A DNA stretch of 37,875 nt, from positions 1-37,875 of the IMG/VR virus record IMGVR_UViG_3300020045_001674; one strand, written 5' to 3'. This document shows, one piece after another, positions 24,960 through 34,705 of the stretch (its first letter is position 1; each line of letters starts with the position of its first letter). Source of the DNA: a virus. Its lineage: Duplodnaviria; Caudoviricetes. The notes beneath the pieces were generated by a model, which saw only the letters and a list, made by a program, of their open reading frames with translations, made no database searches and had not been told where the DNA came from. Both the position numbers and the translations under genes were made by a program.

Positions 24960-26785
24960 TGTATACAGAGGACGAAATTTTATCGCTTGTAAAATCAAAG
25001 GCGGAAGTATTTAAAAACACTAAGAAAGGTAAACAGCCTGACTTTGGTGTAGTACATTCTACTGCCTTGAGGTATAAGAAAAAATTAATGCCTCATTATG
25101 ACCCTGACTGTTTTCCTGAAATGTTATTTAAGGAACGTGCGCCAAATCAATCGGTAGAAGAACAGGACTACATTAGAAGAAATCACAAGGCTATAACTTA
25201 TGTTGTTTGGGATAGATTCAAGACTACGTTAAGAAGGATTTGGAACGATGCAAACTGGTCAATATCTGAATGGGGAAAGATAGATGCTCGTTATGATTCT
25301 TTGGGCGTTGGTTCTCAAGAATACTTTGAAGAACAATACCCAATATTTGATAGCTTAGAAAACTATTACCGTGGAGTAGTAACCGACACAAAGGAGAAAG
25401 ACCCGAACGCAGTATTGGTACACAAGCCAGAAAGCATACCAGTAAAGGAGTCAGAAGAAGGTTATATAATAGATGACCAAGCTATGATTAATCCTGTGGC
25501 TTATATTTTCCCATGTGAGCAAGTAATGGTATATTTTCAAGGTCAATACTTCCTTGGCTTGTCCGATGAAAATTCGGTAGTTGAGTCTGGTTCTAAAAAA
25601 GAAAGAACAGGATTAATTTTCGAATTTTACGATACTGAAAACATCTATCTTGTAAAGCAATTTGGAAAGAAAGAAGACTACACTTTCGTTGTTGAACTAT
25701 ACTGGAATCATGGATTAGGATATTTGCCTTGTAAGATTCTTAAGGCAGAGCCTTCTGTAATTGGTTCTAATATTGTTTATAAGTCTCACTTCATGCCAGC
25801 CGTTGAGCCTTTAGATTTGGCTTTACTAGATAATGCTAATTTGTTGGTTGCAAAAAATAGACATGTGTTCCCTAAGTTCTGGGAGTATCAAGCCGAATGC
25901 GACTACCAAAGTGAATCAAACGGCAATTGTCAAGGTGGTTTTATTTACGGTCTTGATGGTGCAAAATCTAAATGCCCTCAATGTAAAGGTACAGGACATA
26001 AATCAATAAGTCCATTTGGTACATACGCTGTGCCAATGCCAGACAGATTAAACCCTGAAAATGCAAATGTAACGCTACCACCAGCAGGATATATTCAACC
26101 TGAAATCGAAACGCCTAAATTCTTGGACGAGCAAATTGATAAGAATATTAATAGAGGTCTTTCTATCCTTAATCTTAATGTATCTAATTCTAGTGTAAAA
26201 GGTAGCGATACTGCACTTGGAATGCAGATAGATAGAGAAGAGCAATTTAGCTTCTTGGTTCAAATTAGTTCACAGATATTTCATTTATTCGACTTCTCAT
26301 TGATGACTATTCAAAAAATGAGATATGGAGTTAATGCAGAATCACCAAAAGTAAACTATCCAAAGAATTTCAGTATTAGAAACGAGTATGATTTGACGGA
26401 AGAAATTTCTAATGCCAAAACAAACGGTATGCCAGATATCGGAATACGTCAATTAATTATTGAGTATTTTAATACGAGGTTTAACAATAATGAATTAGCG
26501 TCTAAGGTAATCAATCTAGTATTCTATGCTGATAGACTTGTAACATTGTCTAATCAAGAAATAGCCACTAAGTTAAGCACAGGAGCAATTGCCAAATGGG
26601 AAGACATTTTGCATACTTCAATTACTCAAATAATTCAAGAGGCTATGAACATGGATGATAATTTCATGGAAAAGACTTTGGAAGAGCAAAGGGTTATGAT
26701 TGTAGAAAAGGCCAAAGCTATTGAAGTTAATATTGCCCCTAAAAAGATAGATACAAACGCTATTCTAGCAAACGCAAATGCCTAG
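24959..26785 (+). CDS. Portal protein (with an inserted Cys4 zinc finger)
   Basis: 608 aa upstream of minor head/scaffold/capsid genes; HGLGYLPC and SDTALGMQIDRE are portal-like segments. Confidence 0.78.
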   Translation: MYTEDEILSLVKSKAEVFKNTKKGKQPDFGVVHSTALRYKKKLMPHYDPDCFPEMLFKERAPNQSVEEQDYIRRNHKAITYVVWDRFKTTLRRIWNDANWSISEWGKIDARYDSLGVGSQEYFEEQYPIFDSLENYYRGVVTDTKEKDPNAVLVHKPESIPVKESEEGYIIDDQAMINPVAYIFPCEQVMVYFQGQYFLGLSDENSVVESGSKKERTGLIFEFYDTENIYLVKQFGKKEDYTFVVELYWNHGLGYLPCKILKAEPSVIGSNIVYKSHFMPAVEPLDLALLDNANLLVAKNRHVFPKFWEYQAECDYQSESNGNCQGGFIYGLDGAKSKCPQCKGTGHKSISPFGTYAVPMPDRLNPENANVTLPPAGYIQPEIETPKFLDEQIDKNINRGLSILNLNVSNSSVKGSDTALGMQIDREEQFSFLVQISSQIFHLFDFSLMTIQKMRYGVNAESPKVNYPKNFSIRNEYDLTEEISNAKTNGMPDIGIRQLIIEYFNTRFNNNELASKVINLVFYADRLVTLSNQEIATKLSTGAIAKWEDILHTSITQIIQEAMNMDDNFMEKTLEEQRVMIVEKAKAIEVNIAPKKIDTNAILANANA

Positions 26786-27689
26786 TGTTACCCAGATAGT
26801 AAATGAAAAGATTGAAAGACTTGAATCCGTACCGAGCGAGTTTTTAACCGTTGTCGAAAAGTCTCAATTGGAGGCATATAAAGAGGTTCAAAAATTAGTC
26901 ATGGAAATGGACACCGAAAACGGCATTTTAGTTATTTCGGATAAAAACACAAACATTATTAATTCAATTGAGGCCACTATAAAGAACACAGTCTTTAATG
27001 ACGAGTATTCAATAGGCTTAACCGAATACGTAAGGCAGTTTAATGTACAAGCAGAATTAACAAACAAGTATTTCGTTGAATTGAATGTTGGTTTTGATAA
27101 GGAAGCAAGTGAGGTAAACACGGTATTAGCTTCACAGAAAAATGCCATTAATCTATTAGGAGAGGATAGTTTTACACAAAGTTTTATAACCCCTTTGAAT
27201 CAAATCTTATTCAGTAACATGAGTACGGGGGCTACAATGTCCGATACTATTGATACGTTACAGCAATTTGTTCTTGGTAGCGATGACATAGACGGCAAGA
27301 TGGTAGGACAAGCCAAAAGAATAGCTTATGATATATTTGCGGTGGCAGACCGAAACCAAACCGCTGCCGTTGCCAATAGTTTAGGGCTTGAATTTTACCT
27401 ATACCAAGGCGGACATGTAAAGGATACAAGGGATTTTTGCGAGGAAAGGAAAGGGAAGTATTACCACAAAAAAGAAATAGAAGGCTGGGGCGAAGGGTCA
27501 AAATGTTGTGGTCTTTCATGGCCTCAAGGCGGTAAATGGCAAGGCATGAATCCACAAACAAACAAGAGTACAATATTTGTTTTGGCTGGTGGATTCAATT
27601 GTAAACACGCAATAAATCCAGTGTCGATTAGTTCAGTTCCTAAAGATGTAATACAAAGAAATATCGAAAATGGAAATTATAAGCCATAA
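26778..27689 (+). CDS. Minor capsid / head morphogenesis (MuF-like) protein
   Basis: YLYQGG..KDTRDFC and GGFNCKH; follows the portal. Confidence 0.75.
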   Translation: MPSVTQIVNEKIERLESVPSEFLTVVEKSQLEAYKEVQKLVMEMDTENGILVISDKNTNIINSIEATIKNTVFNDEYSIGLTEYVRQFNVQAELTNKYFVELNVGFDKEASEVNTVLASQKNAINLLGEDSFTQSFITPLNQILFSNMSTGATMSDTIDTLQQFVLGSDDIDGKMVGQAKRIAYDIFAVADRNQTAAVANSLGLEFYLYQGGHVKDTRDFCEERKGKYYHKKEIEGWGEGSKCCGLSWPQGGKWQGMNPQTNKSTIFVLAGGFNCKHAINPVSISSVPKDVIQRNIENGNYKP

Positions 27690-27690
27690 A

Positions 27691-27722
27691 TTTGCAATTA
27701 TAATTTAAATTAATTACTTTTG
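27691..27722 (+). promoter_or_regulatory. Bacteroidota promoter for the scaffold/capsid genes
   Basis: TTTG 27691-27694, 20-nt spacer, TACTTTTG 27715-27722. Confidence 0.7.
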
Positions 27723-27742
27723 AAGTAACCAATTGATTATAT

Positions 27743-28006
27743 ATGAACGATTTGATAAGGTGCATAGACACCAAAACAGGAAAAGAAAAATTTCTACCGC
27801 CTAAAGTTGTAGCTGATAAAAAATTGATGGCCTCGTACAACTTGATTGTACAGGATAACGTCAAAAATAAAGAGGTTATAAAAGAAATAATCGAAACAAA
27901 AGAAGTTGCTTCTGAATCGGAAACAGAAAGTACTTCTGAATTTGAAGTAGTGGCGGAAACTGTAAAAGAAAAACCACAAAAAGGAAGACCAAAAGTAAAC
28001 CAATAA
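27743..28006 (+). CDS. Hypothetical head-module protein
   Basis: 87 aa, E/K-rich tail ending KGRPK. Confidence 0.7.
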   Translation: MNDLIRCIDTKTGKEKFLPPKVVADKKLMASYNLIVQDNVKNKEVIKEIIETKEVASESETESTSEFEVVAETVKEKPQKGRPKVNQ

Positions 28007-28018
28007 CCAATTTTAATC

Positions 28019-28825
28019 ATGGAAATAAAGGACATTTTAAGTACATTAGGAATTGAAAAGGCCGAAAACCTAGACCAGTTCAAAGACCAGTTTAATAAAT
28101 CGTACATAGGCCGTCAAATAGCCCTTGAAGACGATGAGATAAAAACTAAGGTTGTTGGAAAGATTACAGGCGGTATATCTACTGCAATGAAAAGAGAATT
28201 TGAGCTTGACTCAAAAGAGATAGAAGGCAAAAAAGTAGAAGACATTCTTGCCGTTGGGGTGCTAAAACTTAAGTCAAAGATTACAGAGCTTGAGACTAAT
28301 GCAACAAAGAGCAAAGATGAAGCTGTAATTGAATGGCAAACAAAAGCCGATAAGTACAAGAAAGAAGCAGGAGATTACAAGGGTCAAGTTGATATGCTTT
28401 CTAAATCTTTAGAAGATGCTACTGGAAACTTCCAAAAGGAAAAGAAAAGCTGGTCTATCAATAGAGGATATGAGGATTCTTACAAAAAAGTATTCTCTCA
28501 ATTCTCGGAAGAAGTTTCTAAGGATAATTTGAAAGTTGAAGGCTTTAATACGTTAGTTGCTAAAACATACCAATTCGATATTGATGAAAATAGCGATTTG
28601 GTTGTATTCGATAGAGAAGGTAAAAGAATTCCAAGCACTTCAAAGATGGGTTCTTTCTTAACACCAGAAGAGGCGTTAATGAAGATTGCTACAGAAAATA
28701 AACTATTGAAAATGAACGAAGGCAGTAAAAAAGCCGTTATTCAATCGACTACTACTAAAACAGCCGAAACAAAAGGTGATAAAAAAATTCACCCTAATAT
28801 CGGAAGGTTTAGTAAAGTTATATAA
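28019..28825 (+). CDS. Capsid scaffolding protein
   Basis: Charged coiled-coil protein immediately upstream of the capsid gene. Confidence 0.7.
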   Translation: MEIKDILSTLGIEKAENLDQFKDQFNKSYIGRQIALEDDEIKTKVVGKITGGISTAMKREFELDSKEIEGKKVEDILAVGVLKLKSKITELETNATKSKDEAVIEWQTKADKYKKEAGDYKGQVDMLSKSLEDATGNFQKEKKSWSINRGYEDSYKKVFSQFSEEVSKDNLKVEGFNTLVAKTYQFDIDENSDLVVFDREGKRIPSTSKMGSFLTPEEALMKIATENKLLKMNEGSKKAVIQSTTTKTAETKGDKKIHPNIGRFSKVI

Positions 28826-28832
28826 TACACAC

Positions 28833-28917
28833 AAGACAGACAGTCTTTAAATGTCAGTTGCTACTAACGGCACATAGTTAGATGTTGCTTATTTCTCATG
28901 GCATAATTATGGGATAT
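28833..28917 (+). promoter_or_regulatory. Three tandem compact pseudoknot motifs in the major capsid gene leader
   Basis: AAGAC/GTCTT with GACA/TGTC; TGCT/GGCA with CTAAC/GTTAG; TGCT/GGCA with ATTTCTCAT/ATGGGATAT. Confidence 0.6.
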
Positions 28918-28939
28918 AAATATATAATATCTAAATAAC

Positions 28940-30019
28940 ATGTCATACGTATTAACTGACTTCGTTAACTGCGAAACTGTGCAGGACGAACTAAATGAAG
29001 CATTTGGTTGCGATAGAACCAAAATGCTAAAACCAAACGAAACTTCTTTGGTTCAATTCCTTTTCTCTCCTATGAACACCTCTGGAACTTTACAAAGACA
29101 GATGAATGATTCAGGAAAATTGAAAGATGTAAAACTTGTATACACTCCTAGAATCCCTCTTGGTGCTGTTGACACTACAATCGACCCTACGGACTGCGCT
29201 TCTACTAATGATGGTGGACAACGTTCCCAAACGTATACACTTGATGAAAACGTAGGGGTACAAATCGACCGTAGAGTAAATACAGAAGATTTGATTCGTC
29301 ACTGTAAAGGTAATGCACAATTCGTAAATGAATTGATTCAGCAAATGATTGATGCTGCCATTCGTAAAATGGACCAAGTATTAGCTGCTCAAGTTATTGC
29401 CTTATCTGGTGGTTTCGGTTTAAATGAAGCTAACGTAACATCTCAATTGAAAACTGTAAGAACCCGCAAGACGGCTTCTGGTGCAACAATGTACGATGTA
29501 TCTACAAATTTTATTGAAGAAATTTCTTTCGCTGCTGAAAATGCTGGATATTGTGGTAATCCTGTTGTTATGGGATTCAACGAAATCTACAAGGCTTTCA
29601 AAGCTATTGATGCTTCAAACTGTTGTTCTGATGCTGGTATCAACATTGCTCAATTAGAGTCTTTGGCTGGTACTACATTTATTCCTAACAGGAATATCTC
29701 TACAGTATTTAATGATTCATCTACATCAAATAAATTCATCACTTTAGACCCTGGTGCTGCACAGGTTTTGACCTATAACAGATACCTGACCGAAGATGGT
29801 GTAATGACTGTTGATTTGGGTACGTCTCAAACTACTGTGATTGTAGACCCTCGTTATGGTATTCCTTTCGACTTTAGAGTAAATTATTCTTGTGGTGTTT
29901 GGAGTTTCTTCATATCTCTTGCCTTCAAAACTGTTGGTGTTCCTACTGACGTTTACGAAGATGAAGATATCTACGATGGAACTACAGGTATCAACAAGTA
30001 TATCATTTCGAATACTTAA
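28940..30019 (+). CDS. Major capsid protein
   Basis: 359 aa after the scaffold; codon usage typical of high expression (gct/ggt/act/ttc/aac); followed by a terminator. Confidence 0.82.
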   Translation: MSYVLTDFVNCETVQDELNEAFGCDRTKMLKPNETSLVQFLFSPMNTSGTLQRQMNDSGKLKDVKLVYTPRIPLGAVDTTIDPTDCASTNDGGQRSQTYTLDENVGVQIDRRVNTEDLIRHCKGNAQFVNELIQQMIDAAIRKMDQVLAAQVIALSGGFGLNEANVTSQLKTVRTRKTASGATMYDVSTNFIEEISFAAENAGYCGNPVVMGFNEIYKAFKAIDASNCCSDAGINIAQLESLAGTTFIPNRNISTVFNDSSTSNKFITLDPGAAQVLTYNRYLTEDGVMTVDLGTSQTTVIVDPRYGIPFDFRVNYSCGVWSFFISLAFKTVGVPTDVYEDEDIYDGTTGINKYIISNT

Positions 30020-30042
30020 GATTTTCCGTGGTTAATTGGTCT

Positions 30043-30079
30043 GAATGGGTGAGGGGTTTTACTCCTCCCCATTCTATTT
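30043..30079 (+). terminator. Intrinsic terminator / stabilising hairpin after the capsid gene
   Basis: GAATGGG-T-GAGGGG loop CTCCTC-CCCATTC followed by TATTT. Confidence 0.7.
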
Positions 30080-30093
30080 AAAATAAAATTTAT

Positions 30094-31089
30094 ATGACTT
30101 GTTTATCGGAACTTATAGGAATAAAGAAAGCATGTACGGACATTGAGCCGTTAACAGGGCTGTATGTTAATGACCTTCCTATGATGAGTCTAAAACTTGC
30201 TGATGCTGCTGCTAATTCTGAAAAGGTAAACGGTATAAACTTAATTCAAGATAGAATCGCTTTTGCAGAAAGATACCTTTCTAATGACATTCGAAACTTC
30301 ATGCAGGATAAGTTTGTAATAAATTCAATTTTAGAACAAACTACCTTAGGAATTTACGATGAGGATAATGAAACAATATCCTCAAGCAATAAGCTAAGAG
30401 GTATTAAAATCATTGTCCGTGAAGACCCTTTTTTAAACATTAATATTTCAAGAATAGGATTACGCCTTGATAGCGTAGTAACCACTAACGTCTTGATTTA
30501 CGACCTTTACAAGAACGAATTACTTTATACTTTGCCTATCACTACGGTAGCCGATGAGATAACGTATATTGAAATCAACAAAAAGATACCTACTAATAAA
30601 CAGCGCAGGTCTTTGTTTATCTGCATAGATGCAAATGTAGCAGACCAGTACGAAGCTGCTGTATATGATAGCGGTATTGGGTGTATCTCTTGCCATAAAG
30701 ATAAATACCTATCTTATGCAACGTCTGGAACTTTAGACAATGCACTTTCAAAAACAGAAGCTAATTTTGTGGCCTCCAATTCAACAGGAGGATTAACGGT
30801 AGATTATACAATCGAATGTGATTTAGAAAATTACATTTGTTCAATGGGAACTACTTTAGCATGGCCTTTACTTTACAAGACAGGCCATTTAATTATGCAA
30901 GAGCTGGAGCATAGCCCACAACTAAACACGATAGTAATGATTAATAGCGGAAAGAATAAAGAGATTTCCGATTATTATGAAGCAGAATATATAAAAAGTC
31001 TTAATCAAATTACAATGAATATTAAGACTCCAAAGGACATTTGTTTTCAGTGCGCACCTAAAATAAGAAAGGTAACACAAATACCGTGA
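30094..31089 (+). CDS. Virion protein, probable head-tail adaptor
   Basis: 331 aa after the capsid gene; C-terminal CFQC; function inferred from position. Confidence 0.5.
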   Translation: MTCLSELIGIKKACTDIEPLTGLYVNDLPMMSLKLADAAANSEKVNGINLIQDRIAFAERYLSNDIRNFMQDKFVINSILEQTTLGIYDEDNETISSSNKLRGIKIIVREDPFLNINISRIGLRLDSVVTTNVLIYDLYKNELLYTLPITTVADEITYIEINKKIPTNKQRRSLFICIDANVADQYEAAVYDSGIGCISCHKDKYLSYATSGTLDNALSKTEANFVASNSTGGLTVDYTIECDLENYICSMGTTLAWPLLYKTGHLIMQELEHSPQLNTIVMINSGKNKEISDYYEAEYIKSLNQITMNIKTPKDICFQCAPKIRKVTQIP

Positions 31090-31646
31090 CATATCAGGAA
31101 AAAATAGTGCAACTAAGAAGACAGCTTGAGGCATTAAAGTCTAGTCAGGTTTTACAGATTGCTGCACAGGATACCCATGTTAAAATGAATGAAAGAATAT
31201 TCGTAAATGGTGGTAGTGCAGACGGTGGCAAAATAGGGGATTACAATTCTAATGATGAGTTATATGTAAATCCTAATAAGTCACCTAAAGGATTCCCAAC
31301 AAAAGGAAAACCAAACTCAAAAGGAATTGCAAAGTCAAAGTTTAAAGATGGAAGACCTCACAAAACTGGTTACTTTAAATCTTATAAGGATTATAGAGAA
31401 ACAATAGGCCGTGATACTTCAAATGTAAACCTTGTTTTATCTGGTGATTTACAAAGTGACTTTGGTAAGGCATTAATTAAACTTAGTCCTTTAAAATACG
31501 GTGCGACATTAAGGGATAATAACATTAAAAAGAAAGAAGGAAACGAAGAAAGATTTGGCGAAATATTCAAATTAACCGAATCCGAAAGAGAGAACTTTAT
31601 TGAAGTTATGAAGTTTGAAACATCTAGAATATTAAAAAGTGCTTAA
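31086..31646 (+). CDS. Virion morphogenesis / neck protein
   Basis: Basic; VNLVLSGDL and IFKLTESE motifs resemble tail-completion proteins. Confidence 0.6.
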   Translation: MTYQEKIVQLRRQLEALKSSQVLQIAAQDTHVKMNERIFVNGGSADGGKIGDYNSNDELYVNPNKSPKGFPTKGKPNSKGIAKSKFKDGRPHKTGYFKSYKDYRETIGRDTSNVNLVLSGDLQSDFGKALIKLSPLKYGATLRDNNIKKKEGNEERFGEIFKLTESERENFIEVMKFETSRILKSA

Positions 31647-32199
31647 GAACGTAATCGACTATATCAACACACAGATAGAAACTCTCAATATTATTGAGAA
31701 TCGATACGGTATTTGTGAGATTATAACAGATGGTGAAAGGGTGTTTCCTGCTGAATATTGCGACAATAAATACGAAGCTGTTTCGGAGTTTACTAATTTC
31801 AAAGGTGTTTGTTATCACAGATTAGAAGGATATTCTATTGAGCAAAACAATGAAGATTCATCAAATGGATGCGCTATTTATTCTAAAAAGGAATATGAAA
31901 TAAAATCCGTTTTCTGTTTAAAAAAGGATGTTTATACTAACAACGCCTATGCAGAAGAATTGATAATAAATAATTTAGAGAAGGTTATTTCAGTTCAAAA
32001 TTCTGATACTCTTTGTGATGAATTGGACATGGATATTGTTTCGATTAATGTTAACGGTGTAACACTTGACCGTAAACAGCTATACAAAGAGGAATATAAT
32101 ATTGAAAACAAGATAGGCTATGAATATGCTTACTTTGCATTGTCGATATTGATTACAATTGAGGGAGAATTGGATTGTCAAACATTAACCACTTGTTAA
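31639..32199 (+). CDS. Probable tail terminator / neck protein
   Basis: 186-aa acidic ORF in the neck position. Confidence 0.5.
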   Translation: MLKNVIDYINTQIETLNIIENRYGICEIITDGERVFPAEYCDNKYEAVSEFTNFKGVCYHRLEGYSIEQNNEDSSNGCAIYSKKEYEIKSVFCLKKDVYTNNAYAEELIINNLEKVISVQNSDTLCDELDMDIVSINVNGVTLDRKQLYKEEYNIENKIGYEYAYFALSILITIEGELDCQTLTTC

Positions 32200-32200
32200 A

Positions 32201-33208
32201 ATGGCAGGAGAGAAAACACAAGTACAAATAGATGCACAGATTGACGCTGGTATTAGGGTTAATGGGAATAAAGAAATCACCCCACCGATTCATAATGCCA
32301 TTGAAAAAGCAATAACCAATTCCTATCTAAATAAAAAAGATGGTGGTATGGTTGTTGAAGTATTGGCAGGATATACTACAGAATTAACACCATCTGATAA
32401 CAAGCACTGGACACCTAAAAGGTATGTAGATGATAAGATTTCCGACAACGCCTACGATGCTACATCTTGGAATGGTGTTACCGCTATTGCACCTTCAAAA
32501 AATGCAGTAAGAGACAAAATAGAGGCTTTAATTTCCGACTTCATCAAGACCGCAGGAACATCAACGTTAGCGGTAAATGCAGAAGTAAACCTTGACGGAT
32601 TTGATTTCGACTTTATTGACGGGGCGGACACATTAATACATCTTGAACCAGATAAAATCTGCTTCTTTACCGACACCCCTTTTGCCGACACTTCATTTTC
32701 TTTAAAATCTAAAAGTGTAGGTTCGGGAACATTTGCCTCAATTTGGCAAGACGTAAATGGCACAGAGGTTTATAAATTTAGGGATGACGGGTATTTATTT
32801 TGCAATAGCATTGGAGACTTAGGAGCGGGATATGGTCTGAACTTTGCCTCTGCCACACTTCGGCAAGCAGGAGGAGGCCTTGTGTTGGATATAGGAAGTA
32901 GAACCCTTACAAAAAACGGGGATGTTCCAACTTTGTATTTCGGTGACGAAAGAACGCTTGCTGGTGATTGGTTAATAAGAAATGTTGGACTAACAGAAAC
33001 TATTGCTAGCTTCGATACAGTGAATCTTAATATAGGATTCAATGGAACTTCCTACGGTAGTGGCTCTGGCGTTATAGCTATAGGAAACGCTACAACAGAC
33101 ACAAGTACAAACCCCACAAACGGAACGATTATAAAATCTAAAGACGTAGCAGCGTCAAGTGAATTATTCGTATTAAATGAAGCAGGTTTTGAAACTCAAT
33201 TAAGTTAA
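32201..33208 (+). CDS. Tail fibre / receptor-binding-like protein
   Basis: IRVNGNKEIT N-terminus, AYDATSWNGVTAIAPSKNAVRDKIE motif, G/T/S-rich beta body. Confidence 0.65.
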   Translation: MAGEKTQVQIDAQIDAGIRVNGNKEITPPIHNAIEKAITNSYLNKKDGGMVVEVLAGYTTELTPSDNKHWTPKRYVDDKISDNAYDATSWNGVTAIAPSKNAVRDKIEALISDFIKTAGTSTLAVNAEVNLDGFDFDFIDGADTLIHLEPDKICFFTDTPFADTSFSLKSKSVGSGTFASIWQDVNGTEVYKFRDDGYLFCNSIGDLGAGYGLNFASATLRQAGGGLVLDIGSRTLTKNGDVPTLYFGDERTLAGDWLIRNVGLTETIASFDTVNLNIGFNGTSYGSGSGVIAIGNATTDTSTNPTNGTIIKSKDVAASSELFVLNEAGFETQLS

Positions 33209-33209
33209 T

Positions 33210-33584
33210 ATGGCATCTTTAAAACAATTACATAGCGCAAAAGGAACGGCACAAACAACGGATGGTACAACATGGACAACTGTTGCAACTTATACACTTG
33301 CTACCAATGCGACTGCAATTATTGAAACTTGGGTAGTTGGAAAAGATACCACGGGAAAGGTAGCAACAGCAAGAAGCGTACAAGGTCTTGAAAGAATAAG
33401 TGGAACAAATACATTAATAGGAACTATTGTAAATCTATTAACCTTCGCAGCAGGGTCTAACGCTGCACTTGTAACCTGTGCCAGCAGATTGAATATAAGT
33501 GGTAATGATATCCAATTTCAAGTAACAGGAGTGGCAGCCACGACAATAGACTGGATGGGCGGTTTTGACATTAAAATAAACTAA
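33210..33584 (+). CDS. Small beta-sandwich virion protein
   Basis: Thr/Ala-rich; ends QVTGVAATTIDW. Confidence 0.6.
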   Translation: MASLKQLHSAKGTAQTTDGTTWTTVATYTLATNATAIIETWVVGKDTTGKVATARSVQGLERISGTNTLIGTIVNLLTFAAGSNAALVTCASRLNISGNDIQFQVTGVAATTIDWMGGFDIKIN

Positions 33585-33585
33585 T

Positions 33586-33822
33586 ATGGAAACACTAGAA
33601 AAATTACAAGCAGAAAAAGACGCAATACAGACAAAGATTAATTCTTTGAAAGTAATCGAAAAGCTAGGCAAAAGCGAGGTTAAAACTTTGCTTGACCAAA
33701 AGAAAGTATTATTTGACGCAAAGAAGCTAGATGTGATATCAAAGAAAAGCTTATTTTACATTGCGAAAAACGAACTATCTTTGTTACACGAAGAAATTGA
33801 AGCGTTAAAAAATAAACTTTAG
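33586..33822 (+). CDS. Small coiled-coil protein
   Basis: 78 aa with heptad pattern. Confidence 0.65.
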   Translation: METLEKLQAEKDAIQTKINSLKVIEKLGKSEVKTLLDQKKVLFDAKKLDVISKKSLFYIAKNELSLLHEEIEALKNKL

Positions 33823-33823
33823 T

Positions 33824-34012
33824 ATGAACATTCAAGAAAAAAAAGAGGCCTTGATTAAAGAGAATGAAACTCTTAGAGTTCAATTAAACCAAGCCCAACA
33901 GTTTATAAAATCAATACAGGAAAAGTATTTTGCCAATAAAAGCAAAATAGAATTTATTGAAGAATTAGAAAAGGATGCAAAAGATACAGGAGATACTGAC
34001 GTGGTTAGCTAA
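33824..34012 (+). CDS. Small coiled-coil protein (possible fibre chaperone)
   Basis: 62 aa with heptad pattern. Confidence 0.65.
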   Translation: MNIQEKKEALIKENETLRVQLNQAQQFIKSIQEKYFANKSKIEFIEELEKDAKDTGDTDVVS

Positions 34013-34295
34013 GTCCGATTGGCCTTATATTGTTTTCGGGGTGATGTTTTACCTGCGAAACAAAAAGGATATTCTAGGCAGTTTCACCAACAAGGACGAA
34101 GGGTTTAGCGCACGTAAATTAACAGGTTTTATCTGCGTTGTAACGGCAATAAAATTGAGCGTGATAATTACCATGACAAAACCAAACAATGAGCTGGTAT
34201 ATGCTTGGATGACGTTTGGGGCGTTGTGTCTTGGACTGGTGACTTATGAGCAAATAATAAAGTTAAGGGGAGACAAAAAAGAAGAAGCAAAATGA
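33975..34295 (+). CDS. Holin-like membrane protein
   Basis: Three hydrophobic segments, SARKL motif, charged C-terminus; upstream of the endolysin. Confidence 0.65.
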   Translation: MQKIQEILTWLAKSDWPYIVFGVMFYLRNKKDILGSFTNKDEGFSARKLTGFICVVTAIKLSVIITMTKPNNELVYAWMTFGALCLGLVTYEQIIKLRGDKKEEAK

Positions 34296-34702
34296 GCGAT
34301 TTAGAAATTTGGCTTATAACAACGGTTGCAGGTCTATCCATAGCGGTGATAGGGTTTCTTATAAAAGATAAATGGGAAAGGGCAAAGCATAACCAGGATA
34401 GAATAGATAAATCCGTTGTTGATACTGTTCAAGATAACAAAGATAAGATAGCGGTGCTTGATAAGGCTTTGGCACTACTTAGCGCAAAAGTACACGGTAA
34501 CACAGAAGATATTGAAGAGCTATTTGTAAGCCAAAAGGTATCTAACGATAATGCCAACAGGTTAATAGAAACTATAAATAAGCTAGATGCAAATTCAAAA
34601 TTACAGCATCAAGAATCGACCACATTGGCAAGAGAAATGAAGTTGTCAATGGATAACAACACTAAGGTAATTCACGATTTATTAAACTCACTTAAAAAGT
34701 AG
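34292..34702 (+). CDS. N-anchored coiled-coil membrane protein of the lysis cassette
   Basis: Single N-terminal transmembrane segment followed by a coiled coil. Confidence 0.65.
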   Translation: MSDLEIWLITTVAGLSIAVIGFLIKDKWERAKHNQDRIDKSVVDTVQDNKDKIAVLDKALALLSAKVHGNTEDIEELFVSQKVSNDNANRLIETINKLDANSKLQHQESTTLAREMKLSMDNNTKVIHDLLNSLKK

Positions 34703-34705
34703 ATT

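Noticed and set aside
32201-33584. Diversity-generating retroelement or invertible tail-fibre switch
   Set aside because: No reverse transcriptase, invertase or duplicated template/variable repeat noticed in the window.
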